From Candidatus Thorarchaeota archaeon (GTDB lineage Archaea > Asgardarchaeota > Thorarchaeia > Thorarchaeales > Thorarchaeaceae), in the NCBI GenBank assembly GCA_016840855.1, contig JAEORO010000168.1:1-23436 (forward strand): DNA of 23,436 nt, in the 5' to 3' direction. The notes below the pieces were generated by a model. It had not been told where the DNA came from, searched no databases, and saw only the letters and a list, made by a program, of their open reading frames with translations. Made by a program: the position numbers and the translations under genes. Shown here in pieces: positions 1 through 9,995 of the stretch (position 1 is its first letter; each line of letters starts with the position of its first letter).

Positions 1-286
1 AATACACATTAGCTCCAGAATCAACACCTGAACCATAATGAACGACAAATCGCATTTGGTATCCAGCTCCAACTTCTTCATTCATTATGTATGGCACTAT
101 GTTCTTCTTTCGATAGTTCCAATCTTCGTATACCCAAGGGAGAGCATCCGCAGGTTTATTGAACTCCAACGGTGGATTGAACATTTCCAAATTGCTAAAC
201 CATGTTCCAGTCCAACCAACTTGCACCGCAACATTAGCAGCAAAGATTCCAATAATTAGACAAGCCACGAATGTATTTTTCTTCAT
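1..286 (-). CDS. Secreted/surface protein with DUF2341-like N-terminus; 5' part only, runs off the window
   Basis: Absent from the ORF track. ATG at 286-284, preceded by GAGGTGA. Manual translation is open to the edge: MKKNTFVACLIIGIFAANVAVQ (signal-like)...LPWVYEDWNYRKKNIV...GAGYQMRFVVHYGSGVDSGANVY. The W-x-YRK...YQ...VHYGSG-x-D pattern is typical of the start of DUF2341 proteins. Confidence 0.75.
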   Translation of the reverse strand, partial: MKKNTFVACLIIGIFAANVAVQVGWTGTWFSNLEMFNPPLEFNKPADALPWVYEDWNYRKKNIVPYIMNEEVGAGYQMRFVVHYGSGVDSGANVY

Positions 287-501
287 TCGGTCACCTCATC
301 ACAATTATGAGTGAATCTAATGTAATATAAAGAAGAACAAGTTCTAATAGAGAAATTCAGTAACTCCTTCTAAATCAGGCTAGACCTCATTCTGTTAACG
401 TTTCCCAACAAGGTAAGAAAGGTACATCTGTGATACTAATACTTGGTTCTGAGTTCTATATATCACTTTGAGAACTTCCTTTACAATTGGCCAAGCTTCT
501 T

Positions 502-1962
502 TCAGAGATAATCAAAGATGTTCGTACTTAAATCGAAACTTTTCTTCTTGCTCCCGTCTTCACGGTAATAGTTCCACTTTTCCAAAATCCGATTATAGCC
601 TCTTCCGCCTGTCCAATTCTTGCTAATACAACAGCTAGCTTGTTCTAGTCCAAGAGATTGCGACAGGAATTTGTAATATTCAAAATAAGCATTGGTATGT
701 ATGGCGGGGGCTACGACCCAGAAAATAATACCCTCTTTTGATATGAAAAATAAAACACCGTGACATTCGTTGAATGTGGAAAGGAATACATCTCTGTCCT
801 TCTTTTCACATAATACATCAAAACGAATTATGTTAGTACTATACGGGTAGGCCCAGCTAAGATAATATTCAAGAGCATTGTTCAATATTAACTTCTTCTT
901 TCTGTAGTATGCCTCGTTTGGAGAAATCTCAATTCCAAGATGTTTGAGTGACTCTCTTGAGATATCTGGAGGTTTCATACGTGCATCCCGAACAAGAAGT
1001 TGAGCAACATATAGATCCCGAATATTCAATGTGTTTGGAGCACTTCTCTTGCAAGTCCGATAATTAATCTCGGAGGTCCCCTCAGATTGCACAATCTTCT
1101 TCTCTATCACAGGCGATAGACACAATTTTCGTGACGTTATCAAATCGATATTACTGTACATATATGCTGATAGACCCTCATGCAAATTCCATGACGTAAA
1201 AACCCTTTCAGCATAATCTTTGAAGCTTCTCTTGAAATGATCAAGCTTTGAAGAGATATTCGGAAACAACAGGCAGACATAGTGATTCCCATTCAATACA
1301 TCTTCACTCATCTTGTAATAGAATGGGAACTTGATTATTTGTTCACGAATCTCATCCCATTTTTCTGGATTGCGAGGGGTAAAGGATACAATAAGCGTTT
1401 CAAGGTCAAATGCCCAACGGTCCACGTAACTACAAATTTGGAGTTGATGATGTCGTTTAAGACAATCAAGATTTTGTTTGATTGTAGTAGAGTGACAATC
1501 CAACTTGGCAGCTACACTTGTGTATGAGTCAAGAGGATATTCATGTAAGTGTTTCAGAATAGCAAGCTTAAGACCGTCCAACGGTTGAGACTCAGTCCTG
1601 AATGGTATTTCCATGGATTCCTCATATACCATTCGATCTCTAACTCTGTTTGTAATCAAATGTTTGAAGATATCATAAATTTCTAGTACTTTGTCACCAC
1701 GAGCTGCTATCGCAAATGGATTGGAATGACTCAACTTGTAGGAGTCAGAATCATATAGCTGTTTCAGATTTTCATCCAAATCTACCTTAGATATGGACTT
1801 TCGATGAATTCGAACTGCTAAATCGACTGCACGGATTTTCAATTCAAGGACTGAGATATCAATGAGATTCTCGTATGGTGAGTCAGGAAATTTCGTCTTG
1901 TATAAATCCCATAACGAATCTAGTCTCTCCTCAATTAACAACAATACCACCTGATTTCTCAT
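502..1962 (-). CDS. Lrp/AsnC-like transcriptional regulator with two wHTH+effector units and an N-terminal extension
   Basis: HTH1 [41 protein letters not shown]; HTH2 [26 protein letters not shown]...[13 protein letters not shown]; each followed by an alpha/beta segment. Confidence 0.75.
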   Translation of the reverse strand: MRNQVVLLLIEERLDSLWDLYKTKFPDSPYENLIDISVLELKIRAVDLAVRIHRKSISKVDLDENLKQLYDSDSYKLSHSNPFAIAARGDKVLEIYDIFKHLITNRVRDRMVYEESMEIPFRTESQPLDGLKLAILKHLHEYPLDSYTSVAAKLDCHSTTIKQNLDCLKRHHQLQICSYVDRWAFDLETLIVSFTPRNPEKWDEIREQIIKFPFYYKMSEDVLNGNHYVCLLFPNISSKLDHFKRSFKDYAERVFTSWNLHEGLSAYMYSNIDLITSRKLCLSPVIEKKIVQSEGTSEINYRTCKRSAPNTLNIRDLYVAQLLVRDARMKPPDISRESLKHLGIEISPNEAYYRKKKLILNNALEYYLSWAYPYSTNIIRFDVLCEKKDRDVFLSTFNECHGVLFFISKEGIIFWVVAPAIHTNAYFEYYKFLSQSLGLEQASCCISKNWTGGRGYNRILEKWNYYREDGSKKKSFDLSTNIFDYL

Positions 1963-2041
1963 CTTTTACCAAACGAAACATCCGTCAATTATATTGTCCC
2001 AGATTCCATCATATCAACTAAAGTTTATGAAGATTCACATC

Positions 2042-2230
2042 CACTTGGCTGGGACGTCTAGCAGTGACATCATAGTGGCAATCAACAAAGATCCTGATGC
2101 TCCAATATTCAGTGTTGCTGACTTTAGAATTGTGAGTGACATCTTCGCAGTCTTTCCTGAGGTCATCGAGGCAGTCAAGAAGATTCAAGCTGAGAGATAG
2201 AGGTACACCCTCTATCCTCCTCATTTTATT
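2042..2230 (+). repeat. etfA: etfA 3'-end fragment copy 1 (pseudogene fragment) plus downstream hairpin
   Basis: Translates [52 protein letters not shown], the canonical EtfA C-terminus (QHxAGM...IVAINKDxxAPIFxxADxGIVGD). The rest of the gene is absent. Hairpin GATAGAGG-tacac-CCTCTATC at 2196-2216. Confidence 0.92.
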
Positions 2231-2304
2231 CTTTAACACATAAGTTGGTTCAGTAGCTTTTCCTACCTTGAGTTACGCTTCTAATTTAAAATAGAATCAA
2301 AGGT

Positions 2305-2859
2305 CTATATCATCTCTCGAAATTGATCATCATAATTCACATACTCTTTGTACTCTTCTGCGAAAACTGAAGGGATACTCTTGCCCAAATAACGTGCGAT
2401 TGAAGTAATTTGACCCCTATGATGAAGTTCGTCCTGATACGCATGATGAAGGAGTAACCAACCTCTGATTCCACGATGCCAAGGATTGTCATCTCTAATA
2501 TGTTCTAGCAGAGATGGATCGGTGTCCATACACCACTCTCTCACCAGAGTTTGGACCTCTTGAAGCCATTTCGATAGGCTCTCGGTGGTAGTAGTTGTCT
2601 TGAGTATGTGATTCGTCCAATCCATGTCTGGTTCGGAAGGTTTTGGCTCCCACCGTTCTTTGAGGACACCTCGTGCAACGAAGTATTGATGTCCTCCTAT
2701 ATGGTGAAAAAGTTCGCCGGTGGTTCTCCATTGTGGGACAAGACGGTATCCTAATTCCTCATCTTTGAAGAGGTTCAAGATCTTCAAAGTGACCATTCTA
2801 ACACTATCCCAATGATGGATAAATTGCCTGAGTGTTACATAGCAGAGATCTGGCGTCAA
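2305..2859 (-). CDS. DinB/YfiT family protein
   Basis: RTTGELFHHI and LLHHAYQDELHHRGQI His motifs. Colinear paralog of 14989-15576, which supports the TTG start. Confidence 0.88.
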   Translation of the reverse strand: MTPDLCYVTLRQFIHHWDSVRMVTLKILNLFKDEELGYRLVPQWRTTGELFHHIGGHQYFVARGVLKERWEPKPSEPDMDWTNHILKTTTTTESLSKWLQEVQTLVREWCMDTDPSLLEHIRDDNPWHRGIRGWLLLHHAYQDELHHRGQITSIARYLGKSIPSVFAEEYKEYVNYDDQFREMI

Positions 2860-3025
2860 AACAAACTGTCATCCTTTCCTTTAGTAGTGATAATGTTGCA
2901 GCACCCCTCTATAAAATATCAGATATCTATCTATTCTTTCTAGTGGATATAGTGCTTAGGCCGATTAGAGGCGCATCGCTTGATTTGATAAATTGGATGA
3001 AGAATTGCTATAGAAATTGGTGTAA

Positions 3026-3856
3026 CTAGAAATCTGAGAATCTCAGTTCCTTCTCAAATTCAAGAGCTTCTTCTGGGCAATTACGGCTGCAGACTCCACA
3101 TCCATAGCACATCTCAGTGTTCACTCTCGCGACACCACTCTCAGGATTGACCATTATGGCTCCGAAAGGACACACTTGCTCACAAACTCCACAACCAACG
3201 CATTTTTGTACAGCAACGACTGCTACATAATGTCCCCTATGGAATGGCTCCGAGATTCCAAGTCTCAGACGGTGCAAGTACGGATGACATACATCCATAT
3301 CACAATTACACAACATTCCAATATAGGGCACACCTACAGCAGATACTGCATGGACTACATTCTCCTCATCAGCCATTTTAATCATTATTTCAGCGGCTTC
3401 ATCTGGAGTCAGGTATTCATGCCTTCCCCCAAGATAATCTGGGAATTGTCTAGTGTAGATATCAGTGAACGCAATTCCGAAACAATGAAGTGTTTTCTCT
3501 CTCCCTAGTGCTTGATGTCGGCATATACAAGGGAATCGTACAACAGAGCGTTCATGTTCATCAGTTCTATTGTTGCAGAGATCTAATATCTGAATCACTT
3601 CATCAGTCGTTACTACCTGATGATGAAGATACCTCTGATATCTGGTTTCCACTCTTTGTCGCTCGTTGGGTACAATGGGTCGAGCAACTCTGGATTTCTG
3701 GTCTGAGAAGCCATCAGGGCCTGGTGCGATATTTCTAGAAAAATAGTTGTCCGCAAATTCCCTCACTAACTCACTTGTAGCTAGTTCCTTTGATAGATTC
3801 CTCGCATTCAAATACCATTTTTTACCAGCTCCATGCTGAACGCAGTATTCGCACAT
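3026..3856 (-). CDS. 4Fe-4S dicluster (ferredoxin-like) domain protein
   Basis: Two C-terminal CxxCxxCxxxCP motifs (CVGCGVCEQVCP, CYGCGVCSRNCP), plus N-terminal MCEYCxxHG, CxCR and CNCDxxxC motifs. Confidence 0.88.
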   Translation of the reverse strand: MCEYCVQHGAGKKWYLNARNLSKELATSELVREFADNYFSRNIAPGPDGFSDQKSRVARPIVPNERQRVETRYQRYLHHQVVTTDEVIQILDLCNNRTDEHERSVVRFPCICRHQALGREKTLHCFGIAFTDIYTRQFPDYLGGRHEYLTPDEAAEIMIKMADEENVVHAVSAVGVPYIGMLCNCDMDVCHPYLHRLRLGISEPFHRGHYVAVVAVQKCVGCGVCEQVCPFGAIMVNPESGVARVNTEMCYGCGVCSRNCPEEALEFEKELRFSDF

Positions 3857-4024
3857 GAATGGAAACCTGTAGTCCCTCTCTCATAATTGTCTATCTTCAT
3901 TTCTGTATCTAGGTACCGCTAGATTCTCAATTGCTGAAAGTCATCCATATTGATTTCGATTTTGAGGTTAAGTACTTGCTAGAATGGACGTATCATCATA
4001 AATCTCCCAAGCAATGTTAAAGCC

Positions 4025-4726
4025 ATGATTGTACTAAGGAGAGTTTCATCAATTAGCATAGTGGTAGATATCGACGATACACTACTTGATGTCAGAGAAC
4101 GATTACAACATATAATGTGTCAGATACTTGATTGTGTGGTGTCTCTAAATGATATGAGGAGGATGACAACAGCTCAGATATTCAAAAAGTATGCATCTTC
4201 TGCTCAAAAAGCCAAGGCCAAGGAATTGCATAAGAGATTCTGGGACATCACCCTATGCAAAGAAGATATTGGCTTTGATTTTCTTCATTTAGATGAACCA
4301 TTTCAAGATGCCGCAAAGGTGCTGGAAACTTGGAATGAAGAATTTCAGATTGTATATCTGACTGGACGCATTGAATCAACACGAAAATCCACGCTCTCAC
4401 AACTTAGAGCGCATGGATTTCCAATAGAGGGTACACAACTTGTTATGTTTCAATATGAGGAATATAAACAAGGAAGCTGGGCATTGGGTCTTGAGTCTGT
4501 TGGGCCCACACTGATGAAAATCAGATCAAAACATTTCTCTCTGATAGTCCAACAAACCCCTGTTCTGAAGGTTGTTGATGATTTCCCCGATTATTTCTCA
4601 ATCTATCGAAAATATGATATTCCAGAAATGATAGGGATGATTTCAACCCCCCACCACGAAGACCAGCATTTCTTAGACCAAGGAGCTACAAGAGTAATCA
4701 GATGCTGGAGTGAGCTCCTTGAATAG
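4025..4726 (+). CDS. HAD-superfamily hydrolase/phosphatase
   Basis: Motif I VVDIDDTLLD, motif II YLTGR, motif IV VVDD. Confidence 0.85.
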   Translation: MIVLRRVSSISIVVDIDDTLLDVRERLQHIMCQILDCVVSLNDMRRMTTAQIFKKYASSAQKAKAKELHKRFWDITLCKEDIGFDFLHLDEPFQDAAKVLETWNEEFQIVYLTGRIESTRKSTLSQLRAHGFPIEGTQLVMFQYEEYKQGSWALGLESVGPTLMKIRSKHFSLIVQQTPVLKVVDDFPDYFSIYRKYDIPEMIGMISTPHHEDQHFLDQGATRVIRCWSELLE

Positions 4727-4926
4727 TGATTCTTCTCATTTTCAAATTAAGCTGTGTGAAATTCTGATTATCCCAGAAGTATAGAGAGTCAAGAAGCAAC
4801 CCAGTACTGACCATTTTGGACACATCTTCTTAATACCTATGGATTAGAGAACCACTACGTGGGAGAAAAAGCCCTTGCATTGGTGCTGAAGTATTGACAA
4901 ACCTCTTTGACGAATGAGGAATCTTC

Positions 4927-5808
4927 ATGAACCGACTATCTCTTTCGACTGGATCACTTTCACATCTTTTGGGAAAAGAATACTATGACTTCAATACGAT
5001 TGCATCCCTCATGAAATCAATCCACACCCGAGGTTTGATTGATGGTTTCGAATTCCAGAAGATTGCTGAATGGGATTCAGTCGGCCCACCAAGAGATGAC
5101 TATCAGGAAGGCTATTACACAGGAAGACGTGCGAGAGCTTGGAAATCCTGTTCAAAGTATTCAATTCAAGAGTTAGCAAGTATGATTAGGAACCTGAAAA
5201 TACCGATTCTATCGGTTCATGCCAACAGAGATACAGGCATTTGTATGTGTGCAACTGCCAATGAGGACATCAAGAGAGGGAGAGAGCTAGTAGGCGAAAC
5301 ACTCTACCTCTGCAGTGTTCTAGGTTCAAATGTTGCAGTTTTTCATTTCTGGGACACTTGGAAAAGAGAGATTGATACTAACTTACTTTCTGCTACAATT
5401 GATGACTACCAGTTACGGTATCCTGATATCAGGGTCTCGGTGGAGAATGTTCCCACAAGAGCTAAAGAACTCACACCCTTTGAGCTATCCAAACTCTTCA
5501 AATCAGTGACTCTTGATACTCGTTGGGCTTGTATGTATGACGAGCTTGAAAGATACCAAGACATCCTCCCACGAATCGCTAATATTCACTTGCGAGGGCA
5601 ATTAATTGATAGTCAATGGGTCTTCGAATCATCAACATGGACATTTGATGACATTGTAATCCTAATTAAAGAAAAGTGGAAATATTCTGGCTTGATTACA
5701 ATAGAACCAGAAGGAGGATATAGAACTGCCACTATTGAGGATTTGACCGTAGCAATAAGGGATCTCAGGAAAAAACTAGCACACTCCTCTGAAATGAACT
5801 CGAGTTGA
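4927..5808 (+). CDS. Sugar phosphate isomerase/epimerase (AP endonuclease 2 / xylose isomerase-like TIM barrel)
   Basis: ILSVHA, VAVFH, VSVENVP, VTLDT, NIHL and YSGLITIE motifs. Confidence 0.8.
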   Translation: MNRLSLSTGSLSHLLGKEYYDFNTIASLMKSIHTRGLIDGFEFQKIAEWDSVGPPRDDYQEGYYTGRRARAWKSCSKYSIQELASMIRNLKIPILSVHANRDTGICMCATANEDIKRGRELVGETLYLCSVLGSNVAVFHFWDTWKREIDTNLLSATIDDYQLRYPDIRVSVENVPTRAKELTPFELSKLFKSVTLDTRWACMYDELERYQDILPRIANIHLRGQLIDSQWVFESSTWTFDDIVILIKEKWKYSGLITIEPEGGYRTATIEDLTVAIRDLRKKLAHSSEMNSS

Positions 5809-5856
5809 TATCACCACATAAACAAAGTGCATCAATGAAAGGTAAATGTAAACGGA

Positions 5857-6867
5857 ATGTACAAAATGAGAACCAGAAAACTTGGGAAATCTGGAATCAA
5901 GGTTAGTGCTTTGGGACTAGGTTGCGCTGGTATCGGAGGTCCATTTCTAAATCAAGAGGGCGGTGTTAACGGATATGGACAGGTGGATGACAAGAAATCA
6001 ATTGAAGCCATTCAAGTCGCATTAAACTTGGGAATAAATTTCTTTGATACAGCAGATGTCTATGGTTGCGGTAGGAGTGAGATGGTTCTTGGAGAAGCGT
6101 TAGGTTCTCAAAGAGATGATGTATTCATTGCATCGAAATTTGGAAACACTTGGAATATATCTTCCAATAACTCCTTGATACCCTGCCACGCAACAGGCAT
6201 TGATACTACTCCAGAGGCAATCCGTAATTCATGCTTTGGTAGTTTGAAACGTTTGAACACAGACTATATAGATCTCTTTCAACTCCACTTAGGAAATTTA
6301 CCAGTGAGTAAAGCAGCACCTATAATGGACACTCTTGACGAGTTATCTGATGAAGGACTTATTCGATATTATGGCTGGAGTACAAATAAACCCGAACGTG
6401 CCAATGCTTTTGCAAACAGAAAGAGATTCATTGCTGTACAGTTTCGTCATAATCTAATATCTAGAAACAATCACATGATAGTCAGTGTTGTGAAGAAGTT
6501 TGATGTTGGAGGAATAATTAAGGGACCTCTTGGATATGGACTCTTCACAGGAAAGTATGAGAAAATTAGAAATCTACCCATTGACCATGTATGGCATGGT
6601 ACCAACTTCTCTTTAGGGAAAGTGGGCCGGATACTGTCACTCTTAAAGGAGGCTGAACCGATTCTTACATCTGATGGACGAACTCTCTCTCAGGGAGCTA
6701 TAGCTTGGATATGGTCACAGGGTAACGAGCTCATCCCTATTCCTGGTTTTAAGACAGTCCAACAGGTAAAAGAGAACATACAAGCAATGAACTTTGGTCC
6801 ATTGAAACGAAGGCATATTGATGAATTGGAGCGAATCTTAGAGAAAAGAAGTGATCCATGGCTTTAA
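5857..6867 (+). CDS. Aldo/keto reductase
   Basis: RKLGKSGIKVSALGLG, GINFFDTADVYGCGRSE, IASKFG, SLKRLNTDYIDLFQLH and IPIPG motifs. Confidence 0.95.
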   Translation: MYKMRTRKLGKSGIKVSALGLGCAGIGGPFLNQEGGVNGYGQVDDKKSIEAIQVALNLGINFFDTADVYGCGRSEMVLGEALGSQRDDVFIASKFGNTWNISSNNSLIPCHATGIDTTPEAIRNSCFGSLKRLNTDYIDLFQLHLGNLPVSKAAPIMDTLDELSDEGLIRYYGWSTNKPERANAFANRKRFIAVQFRHNLISRNNHMIVSVVKKFDVGGIIKGPLGYGLFTGKYEKIRNLPIDHVWHGTNFSLGKVGRILSLLKEAEPILTSDGRTLSQGAIAWIWSQGNELIPIPGFKTVQQVKENIQAMNFGPLKRRHIDELERILEKRSDPWL

Positions 6868-7200
6868 AGCAATCAAAAGTATCTTGGGATTTTTATATCT
6901 AAGTAGCTGGACATCCTATGCAGTTGAATCTAACACATTAATGACAATCTGGCAATCAGCTCCCACGGAGATATCTCAAGCTTTTCATCAGATAAGCACA
7001 AACTGAAATTCTCGGGAACGTTCAGGTTTTCAATCAATTCTAGCCATGTCCATCAACATTGATTCACGCCGGAATATAACTCATGAAACCATTAGCCAAA
7101 ACGACCTACATCTAGGTGATTGCTACTTTGGAGCTATGGCTTTAAAAGGCAGCAATTTGGGCGCAGTTATATAATCTCAGGAATATTGAGGTATTGTATA

Positions 7201-7731
7201 ATGAATTGTGATTGTGAAAAAATCACAATTGGAGAAAGAGCTAGCAAGATTCTGAGGGCTATTCTCGGCGCTTTAGAGAATGAAGACATAGAAGTAAGAA
7301 ATCGTATCATGATTGCTTGTGGGAAAGAGTGTGCAAACCTCCCTTGCCCACCAATGTGGGAAGCAAGTCTGGATATTGTCCGTGATATAGTTTCCAAGAC
7401 AAATGATTTGAAGAAACGTATAGAATTGCTGAATCAATTAGTGCCTTGGTGTGCAGATTGGGTCGTAAAGAACGACTGGATTACTTCCGAATGCACAACA
7501 TGCGGATGTTTACTTGTTCAGAATGGGGCTGTTGATGCCAACCCAATCTGGTGCCAATGTTCAGTGGGGTGGGTAAAATCGATATTCGAGGTCGTCTTTC
7601 AAAGTCCAGTTCAGGTTAAGCTCGCCTCGGCAATAGGGCAAGGTGATAAAACATGCAAATATATGGTGAAGCCAAATCCTACCTATAACAATGCTAGAAG
7701 TAAGGAGAACTCACTAGGGACTAAAGACTAA
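7201..7731 (+). CDS. Cys-rich V4R/ATC-hydrolase-like (DUF6144-like) protein
   Basis: MIACGKECA, CTTCGCLLV, WCQCSVGWVKSIFE and SAIGQGDKTCKY. ATG 7201 follows GAGGT and is preferred over the track's TTG at 7120. Confidence 0.65.
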   Translation: MNCDCEKITIGERASKILRAILGALENEDIEVRNRIMIACGKECANLPCPPMWEASLDIVRDIVSKTNDLKKRIELLNQLVPWCADWVVKNDWITSECTTCGCLLVQNGAVDANPIWCQCSVGWVKSIFEVVFQSPVQVKLASAIGQGDKTCKYMVKPNPTYNNARSKENSLGTKD

Positions 7732-8536
7732 CCCTCATCCCATCATAAGCAAATAACAAACCTGGATTTTCTCTTTCAATATTCTCCCTTTCGTCACTTG
7801 TATAACCTGCAATCCATTTTCTGTTCTCCCATCGATGACATGATAAATGCGTCAAAATGCAATCCTTTGCCCCAGAGTTCTTCCAATAATCAATCGCTTC
7901 ATGAACAGTAAAGTGTCTCCATTTCGCGTCTATTGAGTCAAACATGGCGTCGAGAATGAGTAGATCGATATTGCCTATCTTTTGGGTTGTTTCATCTGGT
8001 GGTAATGCAGTGTCGACCAAATAGGCAAATCTCATGCCTGACTCAATTAGGAACCCTACACTCTCCTCAGTATGATTTGTCTTTATGACCTCCCAATTTG
8101 CATCAGGGAGGTTAATCACTACACCTGGATTAATTGGGTGCAAACGAACATGGTCATCTAGAAAGGAAAGTACCTGAGTGAAATAAGTCACCAAATTCTC
8201 AGGAAGATAGACATCTATTGGATTCCATCCGCATATTGCTTGCGGATAACCAATAGCTCCGAGTCCAGCAATATGATCATAATGCCAGTGGGTAATGAAG
8301 ATGTTGTCAATCTTATCAATCCCTTCTCGCTCAAGTTGCATTTCCATATCTGGTCCTGCATCAATCAGTGTCACTTCATCACCAATGATTGCAACCGACG
8401 CTCGTGTTCTTTTAAGTGAGGAATCTTCACGTGCAGCATTACAAACACTGCATTTGCAGAAGAACTGTGGAAGTGTGAAAGGACCCCCAGAACCCAAAAA
8501 AATAATCTCTCTATTTCGTTGATTCTCTAAATTCAA
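7721..8536 (-). CDS. MBL-fold metallo-hydrolase (PhnP-like)
   Basis: FLGSGG, CKCSVC, RTRAS, LIDAGPD, ITHWHYDHIAG, YLVDT and LTHLS motifs. The start was moved to TTG 8536 (after GGGGGT) to remove the overlap with the upstream gene. Confidence 0.88.
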   Translation of the reverse strand: MNLENQRNREIIFLGSGGPFTLPQFFCKCSVCNAAREDSSLKRTRASVAIIGDEVTLIDAGPDMEMQLEREGIDKIDNIFITHWHYDHIAGLGAIGYPQAICGWNPIDVYLPENLVTYFTQVLSFLDDHVRLHPINPGVVINLPDANWEVIKTNHTEESVGFLIESGMRFAYLVDTALPPDETTQKIGNIDLLILDAMFDSIDAKWRHFTVHEAIDYWKNSGAKDCILTHLSCHRWENRKWIAGYTSDERENIERENPGLLFAYDGMRVSL

Positions 8537-8642
8537 TTGAATACCCCCATTAAGATATGTCTTCCATCTTGCTAATCTTCTCCTGAAAGATGAATCCAAT
8601 GATCGATTTTTCTTTCCGCCAACAGAAACCTTTCCACGTTCA

Positions 8643-9743
8643 TCAAATTGCATTAAGCCAATCCTCAAGCCAATCATAATAATCAGAGCTGTGGGTTATC
8701 CATTTACTCTCTGAAGCAGAATACAAATCGTACAGACGTAATGAGCCAAAGGATACAATGCTATGGAGTATTTGCATTGAAAGAGAGTCTGCAAGATGAC
8801 GTATCCTGTCCAAGCCCTTGAAGAACCCAACAATGTCAATTGTAGAAAGTCTTATTCGGATCCCAATTCGAGTCGATGACTCAACATAAATGTCCAGAGT
8901 ATATGGCAATTCGTAGATGCAAGCTAGAATTTGCTCCACTGAAGAAACGGACTCGATGAAACACATGAGAGTGAGTGTGTCCTTAAAAGGTGTGAAAATG
9001 GGTTTGTAACCCAGAATAACTCTAAGGTCTTGAAGTCTTTGAAATCGTCTGCGAACCTGTGAAATTGGGAGGTCTAGCTCTACAGACATTTGCTTTTGAG
9101 TCACTTTTGGGTTTTCATGAAGCATTTTAATAAGATGTACATCCTTGGAATCAAATGGAATCTGCGTCTGTTCTCTCGCTTCAAATACAAAATTTGAATC
9201 ACCGTTTCTAAGTATTGAATCTATTCTGTCGTACCATTTCTGCCAGTCCCACCTCCATCTGCCAGTTGAATCAAATTTTGAGAAGTCCCATCCTTTGGTT
9301 GGATAGCTAAGAAGGTCAAGGATCATATAATCGGATATCAATCCTGCATCCTTGAGTTTCTCTAAGACTCTAACATTCGAAGTTGAATCTTCCAGTGGGT
9401 AGACAATATTTGCCAGGAATCCATTCATCCTGCCATAAGTAAATGCGTACCAACCTACAGCTGGAGTCTTTTCAAAAAACGCCTCCGCAAACGGGGGTTC
9501 ACTTGGTAATAGGTCAAAAACAATGATATTCTCGCCAAGTCCAATACTTCGCTCGCGTGTAGAATACCTAAAGGGCTGCAAGTACTTATATTTCCTCATA
9601 CGTGACAGTCGATAACGTAGTGTTCTTGGTGGAATCATCAATCTCTTGCTAAGCTCTTTCGTTGTTGTATCTGGTCCATACCTATCGAGCGCTCTGATTA
9701 TTTTCAAGTCTTTATTATCTAAAGAGATCCGATTCTGTATCAC
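8643..9743 (-). CDS. Lrp/AsnC-like transcriptional regulator with two wHTH units
   Basis: LDNKDLKIIRALDRYGPDTTTKELSKRLMIPPRTLRYRLSRM and FDSKDVHLIKMLHENPKVTQKQMSVELDLPISQVRRRFQRL. Confidence 0.85.
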   Translation of the reverse strand: MIQNRISLDNKDLKIIRALDRYGPDTTTKELSKRLMIPPRTLRYRLSRMRKYKYLQPFRYSTRERSIGLGENIIVFDLLPSEPPFAEAFFEKTPAVGWYAFTYGRMNGFLANIVYPLEDSTSNVRVLEKLKDAGLISDYMILDLLSYPTKGWDFSKFDSTGRWRWDWQKWYDRIDSILRNGDSNFVFEAREQTQIPFDSKDVHLIKMLHENPKVTQKQMSVELDLPISQVRRRFQRLQDLRVILGYKPIFTPFKDTLTLMCFIESVSSVEQILACIYELPYTLDIYVESSTRIGIRIRLSTIDIVGFFKGLDRIRHLADSLSMQILHSIVSFGSLRLYDLYSASESKWITHSSDYYDWLEDWLNAI

Positions 9744-9784
9744 GTTCTAACACCATTCCTTACTGATTTTGTAGCAGAGTATAA

Positions 9785-9916
9785 TTGCCGACCTATTGAA
9801 TAGTACAAATTTAGCTGTTAATCATCAATACAATGCTAGGACGGCAAAATTATTAAGTACTTATTGCCCAAATCGCTAATAGATAAGTCGGCAACAGATT
9901 GCCAATTCTGTTGCCG
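9785..9916. promoter_or_regulatory. Putative operator array in a divergent promoter: six TTGCC/GGCAA half-sites, including two GGCAA-N16-TTGCC palindromes
   Basis: TTGCC at 9785, 9864, 9899 and 9911; GGCAA at 9843 and 9890. Perfect 10-bp inverted repeat CGGCAACAGA/TCTGTTGCCG spans 9889-9916. Confidence 0.55.
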
Positions 9917-9995
9917 GGGTGTGACTACATTGTCAAATGGTACTTGCTCGGAAGACATTTCCAAGAAACAATCTTTGCAGATTGATGTTGAGCAA

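Noticed and set aside
38-259. 73-aa plus-strand ORF and the other short ORFs nested in or antisense to long genes
   Set aside because: They overlap better-supported genes and carry no recognisable motifs.
1994-2200. 68-aa ORF as a functional small EtfA-like protein
   Set aside because: It covers only the last ~53 residues of EtfA, conserved M/G/G residues are mutated, and the N-terminus is unrelated sequence. Treated as a repeat/pseudogene fragment.
2018-2239. Minus-strand ORFs 2018-2239 and 19366-19650 sharing the peptide [18 protein letters not shown]
   Set aside because: These are antisense shadows of the etfA repeat. The synonymous-change pattern fits the plus-strand EtfA frame.
6930-7080. 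Possible minus-strand gene remnant (WLELIENLNVPENFSLCLSDEKLEISPWELIARL)
   Set aside because: It is short, has no clear start and matches no family I can recognise.
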